In this document: positions 51,096-61,109 of the stretch, in pieces
Position numbering within the stretch: the first letter of the stretch is position 1
How the letters are laid out: each line of letters opens with the position of its first letter
The notes under the pieces: model-generated
Seen by the model: only the letters and a program-made list of their open reading frames with translations
What the model was told of the DNA's origin: nothing
The model's database searches: none
Position numbers and translations under genes: made by a program
DNA from: a virus
Reading direction: 5' to 3' (one strand)
Length of the DNA stretch: 64,000 bases
Virus record (IMG/VR): IMGVR_UViG_3300010413_000020
Coordinates: 32,001 to 96,000 of that record

Positions 51096-51182
51096 TCTTC
51101 TTAGAAACAGTCTTTCCTCTAACATAACTCCACAGTATAATTAGAATCGACTACCCTAGCGTAAAAAAGGGAGGATATTATT

Positions 51183-53870
51183 ATGCCCGATGGATTTGCT
51201 ATGTCGCCTCAAGTTCAGTCATTCGGAAATCCGCAAGGTGGACCCGAACAAGAAGAGCAAATGTTCAAGGAACGCTTTAATCAGATGGCGTACCAAGTTC
51301 TTTTTTCTAAGTTTTCGGAACTTGCTCCGGATGTAATAACTTTTAAAATCCTCGAAGTTGATGTTGAGGAAGGAAGTGGTATAGGGGTTTTTGTTATCAA
51401 TTATCAACAACGGCCTATATACATTCCGGTAATTATGGTGGATAGCCGTTTGAAGCCAATGGAGATGTTCTATTTCAAAGAATTGAATATCTTTTTGCCT
51501 TTGTCGATTCAATGGCTCGAGGAAATTTCTAAGATGACATTGGACGAACAAGGAGAGGGGGCGAAGTTACCTAAAGATGTTCCTCAAGATGTCAATATCC
51601 GAGATCTTGTTCTTCCCCCAATGACTACAACGGGGCGCATAGGTTATGCAAGTTTTGACCCGGATATTGATGCGAAACTTCTTTTTAAAGAAGCAGAAGA
51701 TCATAGTCTGGAAATTCATCCCCAGTTTTTGAATGTTCTTCGTACTGCGCCCAAGGTTGTTTTGGATGGAGTTAAATTAGCTTTTCACCGAAATCCAAAT
51801 CTCCTTCAAAAATTCGCATCAAACTACGGCACTCAACCACTAATTCAGGCAATGTCCGAAGGGTACGAGAATGCCAAAACTTTTGAAAAGACGGCGGCGT
51901 TAAATCCTGGCTGTGTACGCGTGTTGACTAAAGCAGCTAGTTCAGAGGAATTTTTAAAAGTATTTGGAAAAACTGCAGGTATTGCGTTCACCGAAGCTCT
52001 TAGGAATGGGTTTGTTGCTAAAGATACGCGTCCAGGAATCACAAAGGTTGCAGTAAAAATGGAAGCACCCGCATTCCTAGAAGCACCGGGTCCTGAACCG
52101 GGTTGGCATAAAGTTTGGTTTGTAGATGGCAAGCCGGGTATTTACTTTGTAATTCCGTTTCCTAAAGATCCCGATGGTTATGAAGTTAATCGCCCTGTTT
52201 GCGGGTCTGGATACGGTGGAAATCGACACCTAGACATGAGTTATTTACTAATCAGTAAAGATGGTAAAGAAGCGTGGACCACTGACCAAGTAGTTGGACA
52301 ACGTATCTACGATTTTGAAAATGACGATGCAGGCGTGGGTATTAAAGGATCGAAAATTTTCAATCTTCTTAATACCAATGCTAAAGGGGATAATCCTACT
52401 GCGCGGAGTTATGGATATTTCATCAATGTTTCAGGCCGTGGGATTGAAGCAACTAAACCTTTCCGTATTGAAACCATTACCCAAGATGGGGAAATAACAA
52501 GGATAGTGGGAGAATACGGTGATCCTAAGGTCGTCATTGATGGCGATCCTTCTCGGAAACGGATTAACGTATCAATGGGTGGCGGCATGATGTTCATGCC
52601 CAATACTGCTAAGTACGTTGAGATTATGAAAGTTCCCGCGCCTTCAGCAGACGGCAATGACCATCAAGCATGGCAAAAAGTTAGAGATTATCAACGAGAA
52701 CGTAAGAGTTCGGTTGTGAAAGACCCCAAATTATTATTCCGTTGGATGAATCACATTTTACAAAAAGCCAAAGGGCTCCCTGTAAATGTTAAAAGTGCAG
52801 GTCTGAACCAGTGGTGGATAGCCGGAAATGACCGCGCTTTATACGTTGGAGAAGCTCTTGAAAAGGTAGCGAATCTTTACAATATTTCTACTGAAGATGC
52901 TGCTGGAGTTCTTATTGACGCGCAGCGACACGGAATTTCTTCGGCACATATTTTGGATACGCAATCGGGAAGTTTGTTAAAGCAAGCTTTTGAAAAAATT
53001 GCTCAACCCATGCCGGAAGAAGGTCCGATGCAATATCAATCTCAACCCGGACAGCAAGAAGGCCTACCTCCTATGGGACAAGCCCCAATGCAACCAATGC
53101 AACAAGGTGAAATGCCTATGGGACAGGGAGCTCCTCCGTTTGATCCAATGCAGGGAGCTCCACCTCCTCAGTCTCCGATGAGTGCTACAGACTTAGCTAT
53201 TGGAGAAGCTATACAGGGGCTGCAGCAACAGAATCAAACTATGCAGCAAGAAAACCAAGCACAGATGGCGCAGCTCCAACAGAAAATGGATATGGAGATG
53301 CAGCAGAACGAGCAACTTGTTGGAGTACTGCAAGGGATTCAGCAGAGATCTAATGAGCTTGAAGCAGCTACTAACGGTCAAATCCCGATGGGAGCAGAAC
53401 AGTCACCGGGTATCGCGGCACAGATGATTGCACCTACTCCGCCTCCTCCTCCTGAGCCGCCACCAACTCCTATGATGGACCAGGAGGGGTTGTCTCCGGA
53501 ATTAATAGCAGACCAAATAAATCCTGCAATGGTTGATCAGGCAGCAAGTTTTCAAGACCAGGGAATGTTTGATACTGCGGCTATAGCAATGCTCGCCGCT
53601 GCGCCTGTGCTTCAGGATATCGTTGCTTCTTACGTTCCTAATATGGAAAAAGCTGTCGATAATTTAGGACGTGTTTTATTAACTCTTTGGATGAAAGAAA
53701 ATGAAACTAGAGAGGCATTAGGAGATGAAGAATTCATAAGTTTAGAAGATAAACTTCGAACAGTCTTTAAGAATATGGGTGATGTGGTTTTATCTCTGAG
53801 TCATAATGCAATGGCAGTTCAAAGCGATGCAGATAAAGCTCAGATGATGATGCAGAACAGTCGTGGATGA
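51183..53870 (+). CDS. Large putative virion/internal head protein with Q/P/M-rich region
   Basis: GGAGG SD; 895 aa; KxA motifs. Confidence 0.7.
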   Translation: MPDGFAMSPQVQSFGNPQGGPEQEEQMFKERFNQMAYQVLFSKFSELAPDVITFKILEVDVEEGSGIGVFVINYQQRPIYIPVIMVDSRLKPMEMFYFKELNIFLPLSIQWLEEISKMTLDEQGEGAKLPKDVPQDVNIRDLVLPPMTTTGRIGYASFDPDIDAKLLFKEAEDHSLEIHPQFLNVLRTAPKVVLDGVKLAFHRNPNLLQKFASNYGTQPLIQAMSEGYENAKTFEKTAALNPGCVRVLTKAASSEEFLKVFGKTAGIAFTEALRNGFVAKDTRPGITKVAVKMEAPAFLEAPGPEPGWHKVWFVDGKPGIYFVIPFPKDPDGYEVNRPVCGSGYGGNRHLDMSYLLISKDGKEAWTTDQVVGQRIYDFENDDAGVGIKGSKIFNLLNTNAKGDNPTARSYGYFINVSGRGIEATKPFRIETITQDGEITRIVGEYGDPKVVIDGDPSRKRINVSMGGGMMFMPNTAKYVEIMKVPAPSADGNDHQAWQKVRDYQRERKSSVVKDPKLLFRWMNHILQKAKGLPVNVKSAGLNQWWIAGNDRALYVGEALEKVANLYNISTEDAAGVLIDAQRHGISSAHILDTQSGSLLKQAFEKIAQPMPEEGPMQYQSQPGQQEGLPPMGQAPMQPMQQGEMPMGQGAPPFDPMQGAPPPQSPMSATDLAIGEAIQGLQQQNQTMQQENQAQMAQLQQKMDMEMQQNEQLVGVLQGIQQRSNELEAATNGQIPMGAEQSPGIAAQMIAPTPPPPPEPPPTPMMDQEGLSPELIADQINPAMVDQAASFQDQGMFDTAAIAMLAAAPVLQDIVASYVPNMEKAVDNLGRVLLTLWMKENETREALGDEEFISLEDKLRTVFKNMGDVVLSLSHNAMAVQSDADKAQMMMQNSRG

Positions 53871-54565
53871 GAAATGATGACCCAGCTAGGCTATGGAATG
53901 AAGTCCGTGAAGCCTTAGAACAAGAGAAAGCTCCCAAGGAGCCCTTTTTAAAAGCTGTTTACGATGTAATGACGGGTAAAATTAAAAATGAAGATATTGA
54001 AGAAGCTTTGGAGCTCATTAAAGTTGCGGAATACCGAGAACCAATAATGGCATATTTTTTGAGTGGGGCTACTATTAAAGAGATGGCTCAAAATCTTCAT
54101 ATGAGTGAAAAAGTATTACGTCACTTTGAAAAACTCATGATGGATCGAAGTGCATTTAAGCATAAGTTACACTGGCGGCGTTACGCTAAACAATATGCTG
54201 AAGCATGTGAAACAAAAGAGGGAAAAGCATTAGTCGAATCTGGAATGTTAATGGGACCTGTAGCTATATCTTTTCATTTACAACATGGAAATGAGACACT
54301 TACAACAAGTGATAAAGAATTAGCGGAAAAATTAGCACAGACTTCTTTCTTTAAAGGATTAGTTGCTAGAGGTACAAATATAACTTCCTTGGAAGCTCGA
54401 GAAGCACTTCGTTGGGCACAGTTGCACATGAAACAAGTAGCTGCTAAAGCTAATATTGACGACAGTGACGAATTAGAACAAGATGCGATGGCTGCAATCG
54501 AGCGTTTTGTTTCTACTAAAACACCAGAAGAACTGGGTGTAAAACCTGGAGAAATTTTGCATTAA
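53867..54565 (+). CDS. Hypothetical helical protein (possible HTH)
   Basis: ATGA overlap; TIKEMAQNLHMSEKVL. Confidence 0.65.
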   Translation: MRNDDPARLWNEVREALEQEKAPKEPFLKAVYDVMTGKIKNEDIEEALELIKVAEYREPIMAYFLSGATIKEMAQNLHMSEKVLRHFEKLMMDRSAFKHKLHWRRYAKQYAEACETKEGKALVESGMLMGPVAISFHLQHGNETLTTSDKELAEKLAQTSFFKGLVARGTNITSLEAREALRWAQLHMKQVAAKANIDDSDELEQDAMAAIERFVSTKTPEELGVKPGEILH

Positions 54566-54576
54566 AGGGGTAGAGT

Positions 54577-55428
54577 ATGTGGACAAAATTACAATTTGAG
54601 AAGGCCGCAGAAAAAATTGGAGAACAATTTGTTGTTTCTTCCGGTGCTGAAAGTATCGATGACATGGCCGCTAAAGTTGCTGCAACTGAAGGGCTCAACC
54701 CTGATGGAATAAGAACAATGGTTCGTTTAGCTAACGTAAATGCTTTTGAGAAGTTATTTGCGAAAAGAGCTAAAGATGGGGCGGAAGACCGAATGATTGA
54801 ATTTGATTTGGGAGATCCCGAAAAAGTTATCAATCGGCTTTATAAAGATGCCCAAGAAAAAGAAGAAAAACAACAACAAGAAAAGACTGCATCATATAAT
54901 CATCAATTGGATTTCTTTGGAGATATTCCTAAAGAAACCATTCCTTTGGAAAAAATAGCGAGTGCCGTTCCTGGAGTAGAAATTCAACCGAAAAAAGAAC
55001 GAACCCTTCAGCCACATGAAGTTAAGTATGCTTTTTTACGTGCAGAGGATCGAATACGGGAACAATCACAACAAGCGACTTTTCGATGGGTAGACCAATT
55101 GGAAAAAGCAGCGCGATGCATTGTTGCTAAGGATAGTAATCCTGCTTATCGTACTCATTTTGAGAAAACAGCAGTTGCTCTTTTAGGAGAAAAGATAATT
55201 CCTGAATTAATGGCAATACAATTTTTGACAAATCCTACTGGAATGCAACCTAATGTTTTTAACGGGGAAAAAGTAGCTTCTGTTCTTGAACACCACGTAG
55301 CTAACCCTTCTCATGATGAGAAACCTATAATAGATATGATGAAGAAAGCTCAAGAAGCACGGGTCGAAGTTGAACGATGTGATGCTGGGATTAAATGGAT
55401 TGCAGATAATATGCCAGGAGGGCATTAA
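54577..55428 (+). CDS. Putative head-associated protein with KxA motifs
   Basis: EKAA, EKTA, EKIA and EKVA repeats. Confidence 0.65.
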   Translation: MWTKLQFEKAAEKIGEQFVVSSGAESIDDMAAKVAATEGLNPDGIRTMVRLANVNAFEKLFAKRAKDGAEDRMIEFDLGDPEKVINRLYKDAQEKEEKQQQEKTASYNHQLDFFGDIPKETIPLEKIASAVPGVEIQPKKERTLQPHEVKYAFLRAEDRIREQSQQATFRWVDQLEKAARCIVAKDSNPAYRTHFEKTAVALLGEKIIPELMAIQFLTNPTGMQPNVFNGEKVASVLEHHVANPSHDEKPIIDMMKKAQEARVEVERCDAGIKWIADNMPGGH

Positions 55429-56111
55429 TGCCTGCTAAACCTCCACTGATTGTTAGATTAGCAGATCTCTTAGGAGAACGCTTGCCTGCTTTTCTTGCGA
55501 AACATCCTTCTTTAACCGCGGCGGGTGCGGGAATGGGATTAGGAGCATTAAGTATGCGTGGACCAGTACACCAAATGGAAGGACAATTAACGATGGAAAG
55601 GATGGGGCATCCTCAAGCGAAATACTCATCAGCTACATTGGCTGATTTCTCTAAGAAAAAAACGATTCTTGCTACCAAATTGGCGTTTACTAAATATGCC
55701 GATTTTGGAGAGGATATTTCAGGTGGATTTAGTGGTGGAGTAGGAAAAGGAATTGCAGCAGAGGGAATTGGCGCTATACGAAGACTCATAGGTATGACTG
55801 CTCAAGCTATAAAGGAAAAAACAATAAATGAACCGCAACGACAAACTATTGTTCAGAATATTATTGAGCAAGACCCTATTGTAAGTGGTTACGAACAACA
55901 ACAACCGGGCATGTCTGCACAGGCCTTTCAAACAATGCGGCGTTTTGCCCCAGAATTAAGTACTGACCCCAATATTGTTCAAGCATTTTTGCGAAATGCT
56001 GCGATGACGGGGGGTGTTATGGATTATGCTACTATAAAAGGTCTCGCTGATGCAGAAGCGGCAGTACATAAGGCACAGAACGAAGGCCAATGGTTGAAGG
56101 GAGGGTTCTAA
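55428..56111 (+). CDS. Hypothetical virion protein (glycine zipper)
   Basis: TAATG overlap; GxxxG segments. Confidence 0.65.
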   Translation: MPAKPPLIVRLADLLGERLPAFLAKHPSLTAAGAGMGLGALSMRGPVHQMEGQLTMERMGHPQAKYSSATLADFSKKKTILATKLAFTKYADFGEDISGGFSGGVGKGIAAEGIGAIRRLIGMTAQAIKEKTINEPQRQTIVQNIIEQDPIVSGYEQQQPGMSAQAFQTMRRFAPELSTDPNIVQAFLRNAAMTGGVMDYATIKGLADAEAAVHKAQNEGQWLKGGF

Positions 56112-56112
56112 A

Positions 56113-56331
56113 ATGGATAAAGAAGAACTCAAAATTATAAACGAATATCTTCCCGCTTCCGTCAAAGAAGCTGTTGCTAATCACCAAACAGATAAGATAG
56201 TGATGGCAATGACGGGACTCCCTGATTTATCAATAGATAAAATAGCGGGATATTTTGGCGGACGCATGGCTGCACGGAGATTAAAGTGGCGTCCTGTGTT
56301 CGAGGGACTAAATGCTCTGAAAAACCTGTAG
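56113..56331 (+). CDS. Small hypothetical protein
   Basis: GGAGG SD; in operon. Confidence 0.65.
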   Translation: MDKEELKIINEYLPASVKEAVANHQTDKIVMAMTGLPDLSIDKIAGYFGGRMAARRLKWRPVFEGLNALKNL

Positions 56332-56340
56332 GAGAATATT

Positions 56341-56739
56341 ATGTTGAGTTTCGCGACAGAGGTTTCTCAGCTTGTCCATTCTTTGGGGGAAATGGATAAT
56401 CTAGCTGTGAAAATAGCCGCAGCAGAATCTGCACAAGCACAACACACTGTAGCAAAGGGTTCGGTAGCTCTTTACGATGTAATTGTCAAAAAAGCGCAGG
56501 ATTTGTCTAAAAAAGAGTTACCGGGGCATTTTAAGGTTGCATGGTGTATAAACCAGATGGCGGCGGCGTTAGGAAAGCCTCCGCTTACGGCAGATACAAA
56601 CCTTAAAATTGCATCCGTTGTGGCAGTAGACGAAACACTTACCTCAATGCTGTCTGCTTATCCTAATGACCTTAAGTATGCAGAAGCTCGAGCATATGGT
56701 AGAGAATACCTAATGGAAATTTTACGGGGAGTCATTTAG
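56341..56739 (+). CDS. Hypothetical protein
   Basis: AGGAG SD; KIA and KVA motifs. Confidence 0.7.
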   Translation: MLSFATEVSQLVHSLGEMDNLAVKIAAAESAQAQHTVAKGSVALYDVIVKKAQDLSKKELPGHFKVAWCINQMAAALGKPPLTADTNLKIASVVAVDETLTSMLSAYPNDLKYAEARAYGREYLMEILRGVI

Positions 56740-56740
56740 G

Positions 56741-58822
56741 TTGCTCAAGATAACCCATTTAGAACCATATTTTCCTACTGGTGAAGCCACCATACAGCCC
56801 GTAGTTTTATGGGCTAATGGCAAACCGTGTTACGAAGGAATCTCTAAACACGCAAGTGTTGGTTCTGATTACTTTAAAAACATTGTGCCTGTGCCGGGGC
56901 ATTCAATTGTTTATGTACTAGCGATGGGCGCATGGGAATCTTATGGCGAAAATAGAAATGGAGACAGTTTTCCTGAGTTCCCGTATAAGGAAAATGAAGA
57001 CCCTCCGTGGATAGCACCTAGTGATGTTCTAACGCAACATTACAAGTCATTTGAAACGCATGCACACAACTATCGGCACCATGTAAATAAAGACCCTAAA
57101 AAAGCTGTTGGTAAGGTAATGAAAGCGTTCTGGAATCCCTTGATGCATAGGGTTGAACTCCTTATTGACCTGGATGATGAAAAGGCCCCAGACCTTGCTA
57201 AACGAATTGCTGCAGGAGAATTTCCCCCTGTGAGCATGGGAACCCGCGTCAAATACGATGTATGTTCTATTTGTGGAAATAGAGCACCTACACGAGCACA
57301 GTATTGCAAGCACTTAAAATTCCAAATGCGGGATGTCATTAATGGGATGAAAGTGTCTGCTCTTAATCCAAGCCCTAAATTTTTTGATATCTCATGGGTT
57401 TATCGCCCCGCAGACCAGACTGCATTCATGATGAAGAAAGTAGCAGAAGAGGCATATGATATGATCTCAGGAAGTGCTGCCGGGGAATATATTGAAGATA
57501 TGGAACAACAGAAGTTAGCAGCTAAAAAATTAGCTGTTATTGATAAGATTGTTCAAGGTGTTCCTGTAGATGCTAAAACAGAAGGCATCGACCCCGGTGA
57601 ATTATCGAATCTTTACAAAATGCGTAATTTAGTTCTGGAAGCAGGACGAAATACGCCAGATTTACCGGATGATTTACTTCGAAACTTATCCCGTTTTTCA
57701 TTACCTAAAATTTTTTCCTCTACTTTAGCATCTGGAGGGATGCTACTTAGTACCCCCGAAGTTACTAAAATAATAATCTACAAATCCCGTCCCCAAATGG
57801 CTATTCCAAGGGACATCTTGGACAAATCTGTTGCCCTTCAAGGGAGTGTTCTTGATTTGTTCCATGATGTCCCGAATCTTTTAGACCTATTGAAAAAAAC
57901 TGGTTCATTAGATTTGGGTCCAGAGCATGTGGACGAACAAATAATGAATGCAGTATCCCCTTTTATGGAAAAACGTTCGGGTATTGCTCAATATTTGAAA
58001 CGGAGATTTGTTCCCCAAAATTGGAGAGAAGAAACTCCTTATACTACTCCATTAACATTAACAGACCCGTCGTCAGGAAATATTTATGGAACCACTCGCG
58101 GTGCAGCAATTCAGGCACACGACGAAATAGCTAAACGAAATCTTTATAAGGTTTTGGGAGGAACCGCATTATTAGGGGGAGCGTATAAATTAATTGGTAG
58201 TGGTTTAGACTATAAAGGATTTGGTAAGTATAAACCCCTTGCTGCTTTAGCTTTAGGCGCATTAGGAATTTCTCAATGGCCTGGAATGGGGCAGCACTAT
58301 ATGACAGATCAGGGGATACCTATACCAACAATTACAGAATTGTCCAAAGTATCTCAAGTACATCCATCTTCTTTATCAACTTTAGCTCTTCCTATTTTTG
58401 GGACCTTAGGTTTAATGGCGGCTTTAGCGCATGATTATCAGTCACGTTTAAAATCAGGAATTCCTATTGGATATGAAGGACAACCGTTATCACGCCGTGT
58501 TCTTGACCAAATTGAACAATTTTCACAAGAGCATCCCCTGATTACAGGGGCAGCGGGGATTGTTGCAGGTCGTAGGATTGGAAAAACCGCCCCGGTACAA
58601 TTTCTTACACGAAAAGGACAACAAATTTTTTCTCCTATCAAAGAAACAGTTACTGGGGCAGGTAGAGCGGCTAGTGATACTCTTCGTGATTTAACCCAGG
58701 GCGTTAAAATCTCTTCCTATTTGGAAAATGAGTTGCGATCTGAGAAAAGTACAGTACTTCTCCCAGAACTAAATTTGGATAAATTGGCTGAATGGCTGGG
58801 ATGGTTAATTGTAGAAGGTTGA
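56741..58822 (+). CDS. Putative prohead maturation protease (N-terminal domain with zinc finger) plus C-terminal hydrophobic region
   Basis: NRNGDSFP, YRHH, VELL, VSMG..CSICG...C..H, FFDISWV..PAD; lies upstream of scaffold and capsid genes. Confidence 0.6.
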   Translation: MLKITHLEPYFPTGEATIQPVVLWANGKPCYEGISKHASVGSDYFKNIVPVPGHSIVYVLAMGAWESYGENRNGDSFPEFPYKENEDPPWIAPSDVLTQHYKSFETHAHNYRHHVNKDPKKAVGKVMKAFWNPLMHRVELLIDLDDEKAPDLAKRIAAGEFPPVSMGTRVKYDVCSICGNRAPTRAQYCKHLKFQMRDVINGMKVSALNPSPKFFDISWVYRPADQTAFMMKKVAEEAYDMISGSAAGEYIEDMEQQKLAAKKLAVIDKIVQGVPVDAKTEGIDPGELSNLYKMRNLVLEAGRNTPDLPDDLLRNLSRFSLPKIFSSTLASGGMLLSTPEVTKIIIYKSRPQMAIPRDILDKSVALQGSVLDLFHDVPNLLDLLKKTGSLDLGPEHVDEQIMNAVSPFMEKRSGIAQYLKRRFVPQNWREETPYTTPLTLTDPSSGNIYGTTRGAAIQAHDEIAKRNLYKVLGGTALLGGAYKLIGSGLDYKGFGKYKPLAALALGALGISQWPGMGQHYMTDQGIPIPTITELSKVSQVHPSSLSTLALPIFGTLGLMAALAHDYQSRLKSGIPIGYEGQPLSRRVLDQIEQFSQEHPLITGAAGIVAGRRIGKTAPVQFLTRKGQQIFSPIKETVTGAGRAASDTLRDLTQGVKISSYLENELRSEKSTVLLPELNLDKLAEWLGWLIVEG

Positions 58823-58829
58823 ATTCTAC

Positions 58830-58858
58830 TTGTGAAAGATAAATCTGCAACCTATGAT
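58830..58858 (+). promoter_or_regulatory. Sigma70-type promoter candidate
   Basis: TTGTGA-N17-TATGAT upstream of 58890. Confidence 0.45.
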
Positions 58859-58889
58859 TGGTTGCGTAACACAAATGTGAGGCAAGACC

Positions 58890-59672
58890 ATGGATTTGAA
58901 AGAAGTTTTGAAGCAAATGGAAGAAGGACAGGAAAAAGTGGCTGCAGCACAGCGAGGAACCCCCGCTGTTGTTCCGCAAGAAGCCAATGCTTTGGCTGCT
59001 GCTCTAGAAAAAGCAGCTGCGGCAATAACTCCAGAGGAAAAGGGTGCAACGGATGCTGTGAACGCGCTTCAAGTAGTAGCTGAAAAACTCGCTGCTCAAG
59101 AGCGAGAGGCGGATTTAGCCCATGCAAATCTTTGTGGCCAAGCGTTCGCGGATGGAGCAATCAATAAGTTTGCTGCTTGGGACGCTGTGACTAAGATGGC
59201 TATGGCTCAGCAGACTTTTGCAACTCCAATTCCAGGACAGGTTGCTCAATATCAATCGCAGTCCAAATTAGCTACTGATCAAACTGTGCCCATGGAAAAA
59301 TGGGCATCAAGTGATCCTGTCCTTATGGAAAAAGTTGCAGTACAACGATACCTCGGAAGTTTAACCCAGGCTGATTTACAGCGGGCAACTCCACAGGAAC
59401 TTCAAAAACTGGCGGAAATCCAAAAGGCTGCTCAGTTTACTCGTGAAGACCTCATGAAGATAGCTGCCGAAGAAGGGGATCAGGAAACGCTCTACAAGTT
59501 GGCAGCCGAGCAGGGGTATGCTGATACAATGGAAAAAGCAGCTGCTGATTACGAGGCGGGAGCACAGCAGGCGCTTCAGGAAGTCCACTCGTTGGCTACT
59601 GGAGAGTTCCTTAAGGGAGCGGCGGAAGCTGAGATATTGATTAATCATTATCGTCAGCAAGCAGGGCAATAG
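58890..59672 (+). CDS. Scaffold-like Ala/Gln/Glu-rich protein, dense in KxA motifs
   Basis: About 13 KxA motifs in 260 aa; helical composition. Confidence 0.7.
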   Translation: MDLKEVLKQMEEGQEKVAAAQRGTPAVVPQEANALAAALEKAAAAITPEEKGATDAVNALQVVAEKLAAQEREADLAHANLCGQAFADGAINKFAAWDAVTKMAMAQQTFATPIPGQVAQYQSQSKLATDQTVPMEKWASSDPVLMEKVAVQRYLGSLTQADLQRATPQELQKLAEIQKAAQFTREDLMKIAAEEGDQETLYKLAAEQGYADTMEKAAADYEAGAQQALQEVHSLATGEFLKGAAEAEILINHYRQQAGQ

Positions 59673-59673
59673 C

Positions 59674-59823
59674 ATGTACTCAACAGGAGCTAAAACCGCG
59701 TATGCAAAATTGCTTAAAGTAGCAATGCAAAAATTAGCTTCAACATATGGTGTTGTACTGCAATCGGATACGGGCAAGATGCCTCGACAAGGAGCGAAGA
59801 ATGCGTCGTCTCCCAAACGTTAA
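59674..59823 (+). CDS. Small 49-aa protein missed by the ORF track
   Basis: MYSTGAKTAYAKLLKVAMQKLAS...; fills the gap and carries the family motif. Confidence 0.5.
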   Translation: MYSTGAKTAYAKLLKVAMQKLASTYGVVLQSDTGKMPRQGAKNASSPKR

Positions 59824-60031
59824 TGAAGTTGTTGCTCAGGTTCTAAAACAGGCGGATGATATTCGCCAACAGGAAACTGAAAAAACAGCGGAAAGTTTAC
59901 TTCCTTCCTTTACTATTCCGGTAGCTGAAGGAATGTATAAATTGGCGACGGTATTACGTTCAATCGATCCAGAGAAAGTGACTTTGGAAGACGTTAATTC
60001 TTTCGCTAACCGTCTAATGGAGCAAGCATGA
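59801..60031 (+). CDS. Small hypothetical protein
   Basis: AGGAG SD before ATG 59801; EKTA and YKLA motifs. Confidence 0.65.
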   Translation: MRRLPNVNEVVAQVLKQADDIRQQETEKTAESLLPSFTIPVAEGMYKLATVLRSIDPEKVTLEDVNSFANRLMEQA

Positions 60032-60204
60032 GTAATAATACCTCACCTAATGTCGTGCTCGCCCAAGGTTTACGGGTAATTGCCACTTCTTTACGGAAAG
60101 AAGCTGCAGTTATTCGACGAAAAAAAGCCGTGAAGTGTGCTCAAGTTCTCACGGCTGCGAAAGGGCTTAATCAGCTCACTCGTATCCTGAGAGGAGAACA
60201 ATAA
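60028..60204 (+). CDS. Small 58-aa basic protein missed by the ORF track
   Basis: ATGA and TAATG overlaps with both neighbours; MSNNTSPNVVLAQGLRV... Confidence 0.6.
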   Translation: MSNNTSPNVVLAQGLRVIATSLRKEAAVIRRKKAVKCAQVLTAAKGLNQLTRILRGEQ

Positions 60205-60557
60205 TGAGCGCAGCGGAAAAACTTATGGAACTCGTAGCGGATGTATTAGAGAAGAATGCTGAATACTACGAAAGTTTAGAATCCGAGCGCGTGAATAAAG
60301 AGAAAGAAGCGCAACACACAAAAGCTTCGTCTCTAGCTGCTCGTATTTCTGAAACCGTTGGTGAACCCCTCGATGAAGAATTGATTGCCAAACTTTCCAC
60401 TATAGACCCCGACATTCATGGTCTGTTGGAGCGTACAGTAGGAAGTATGGAAACCGTGGATTCTCTGGGTGGGGTTGAAGACAACGAAAAGGTCGCCGGA
60501 CTCGATGGGTTGCCCCCTGAAGATGTCCGTTTTCTTTCATTCATAAACAACAGTTAG
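60204..60557 (+). CDS. Acidic hypothetical (scaffold-like) protein
   Basis: GAGGAG SD; directly upstream of the head genes. Confidence 0.7.
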   Translation: MSAAEKLMELVADVLEKNAEYYESLESERVNKEKEAQHTKASSLAARISETVGEPLDEELIAKLSTIDPDIHGLLERTVGSMETVDSLGGVEDNEKVAGLDGLPPEDVRFLSFINNS

Positions 60558-60566
60558 GAGGATGCA

Positions 60567-61094
60567 ATGACACTTCTGAATTCGCAGTTCGACGTCATTA
60601 GCCATGACCCGCATCCTAATGCGCGTGCAGGGCTTTTGGTCGTACTGCCGGTGCATGGGGCTCCGTCACCCTACAGTTCACTGCCTGCGAGTGGAACTCC
60701 TGTAGCGGGTGACATTGACCCCGGAATGTGCATCGCGATGAACAATGTCGGAGAAGCGATTCCTGCAGATCAGGATTTGATTACTCCCCCGGCTATTCTG
60801 TTCATCACGGTGGACGGTGACAAGGATTACGATGGCGCTTTTGTGCACAAAATTACGTGCATACAGGGCGGCGGGGAATTTCGCCTCGATACCAACAATT
60901 TCGCGGTGGATACCTACGCTCCTGGAGACGTTCTGACTGCACAAGGAACAAGCGATCCAGGGACTCCTGGTAAGTGGCGTAAAGCTGCTGCTGGCGAGGC
61001 CATGTACGCCATCGTGGGCCCTGGTGGCGCGGACGGAACCAAAGGAACACTGGATATTCTCATCCCTCAGGGATGGGCACCAGTGCATCCATAG
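60567..61094 (+). CDS. Putative capsid decoration/cement protein
   Basis: AGGAGG SD; Gly/Pro beta-rich; immediately precedes the MCP. Confidence 0.6.
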   Translation: MTLLNSQFDVISHDPHPNARAGLLVVLPVHGAPSPYSSLPASGTPVAGDIDPGMCIAMNNVGEAIPADQDLITPPAILFITVDGDKDYDGAFVHKITCIQGGGEFRLDTNNFAVDTYAPGDVLTAQGTSDPGTPGKWRKAAAGEAMYAIVGPGGADGTKGTLDILIPQGWAPVHP

Positions 61095-61109
61095 GAAAGG
61101 AGGACGAGA

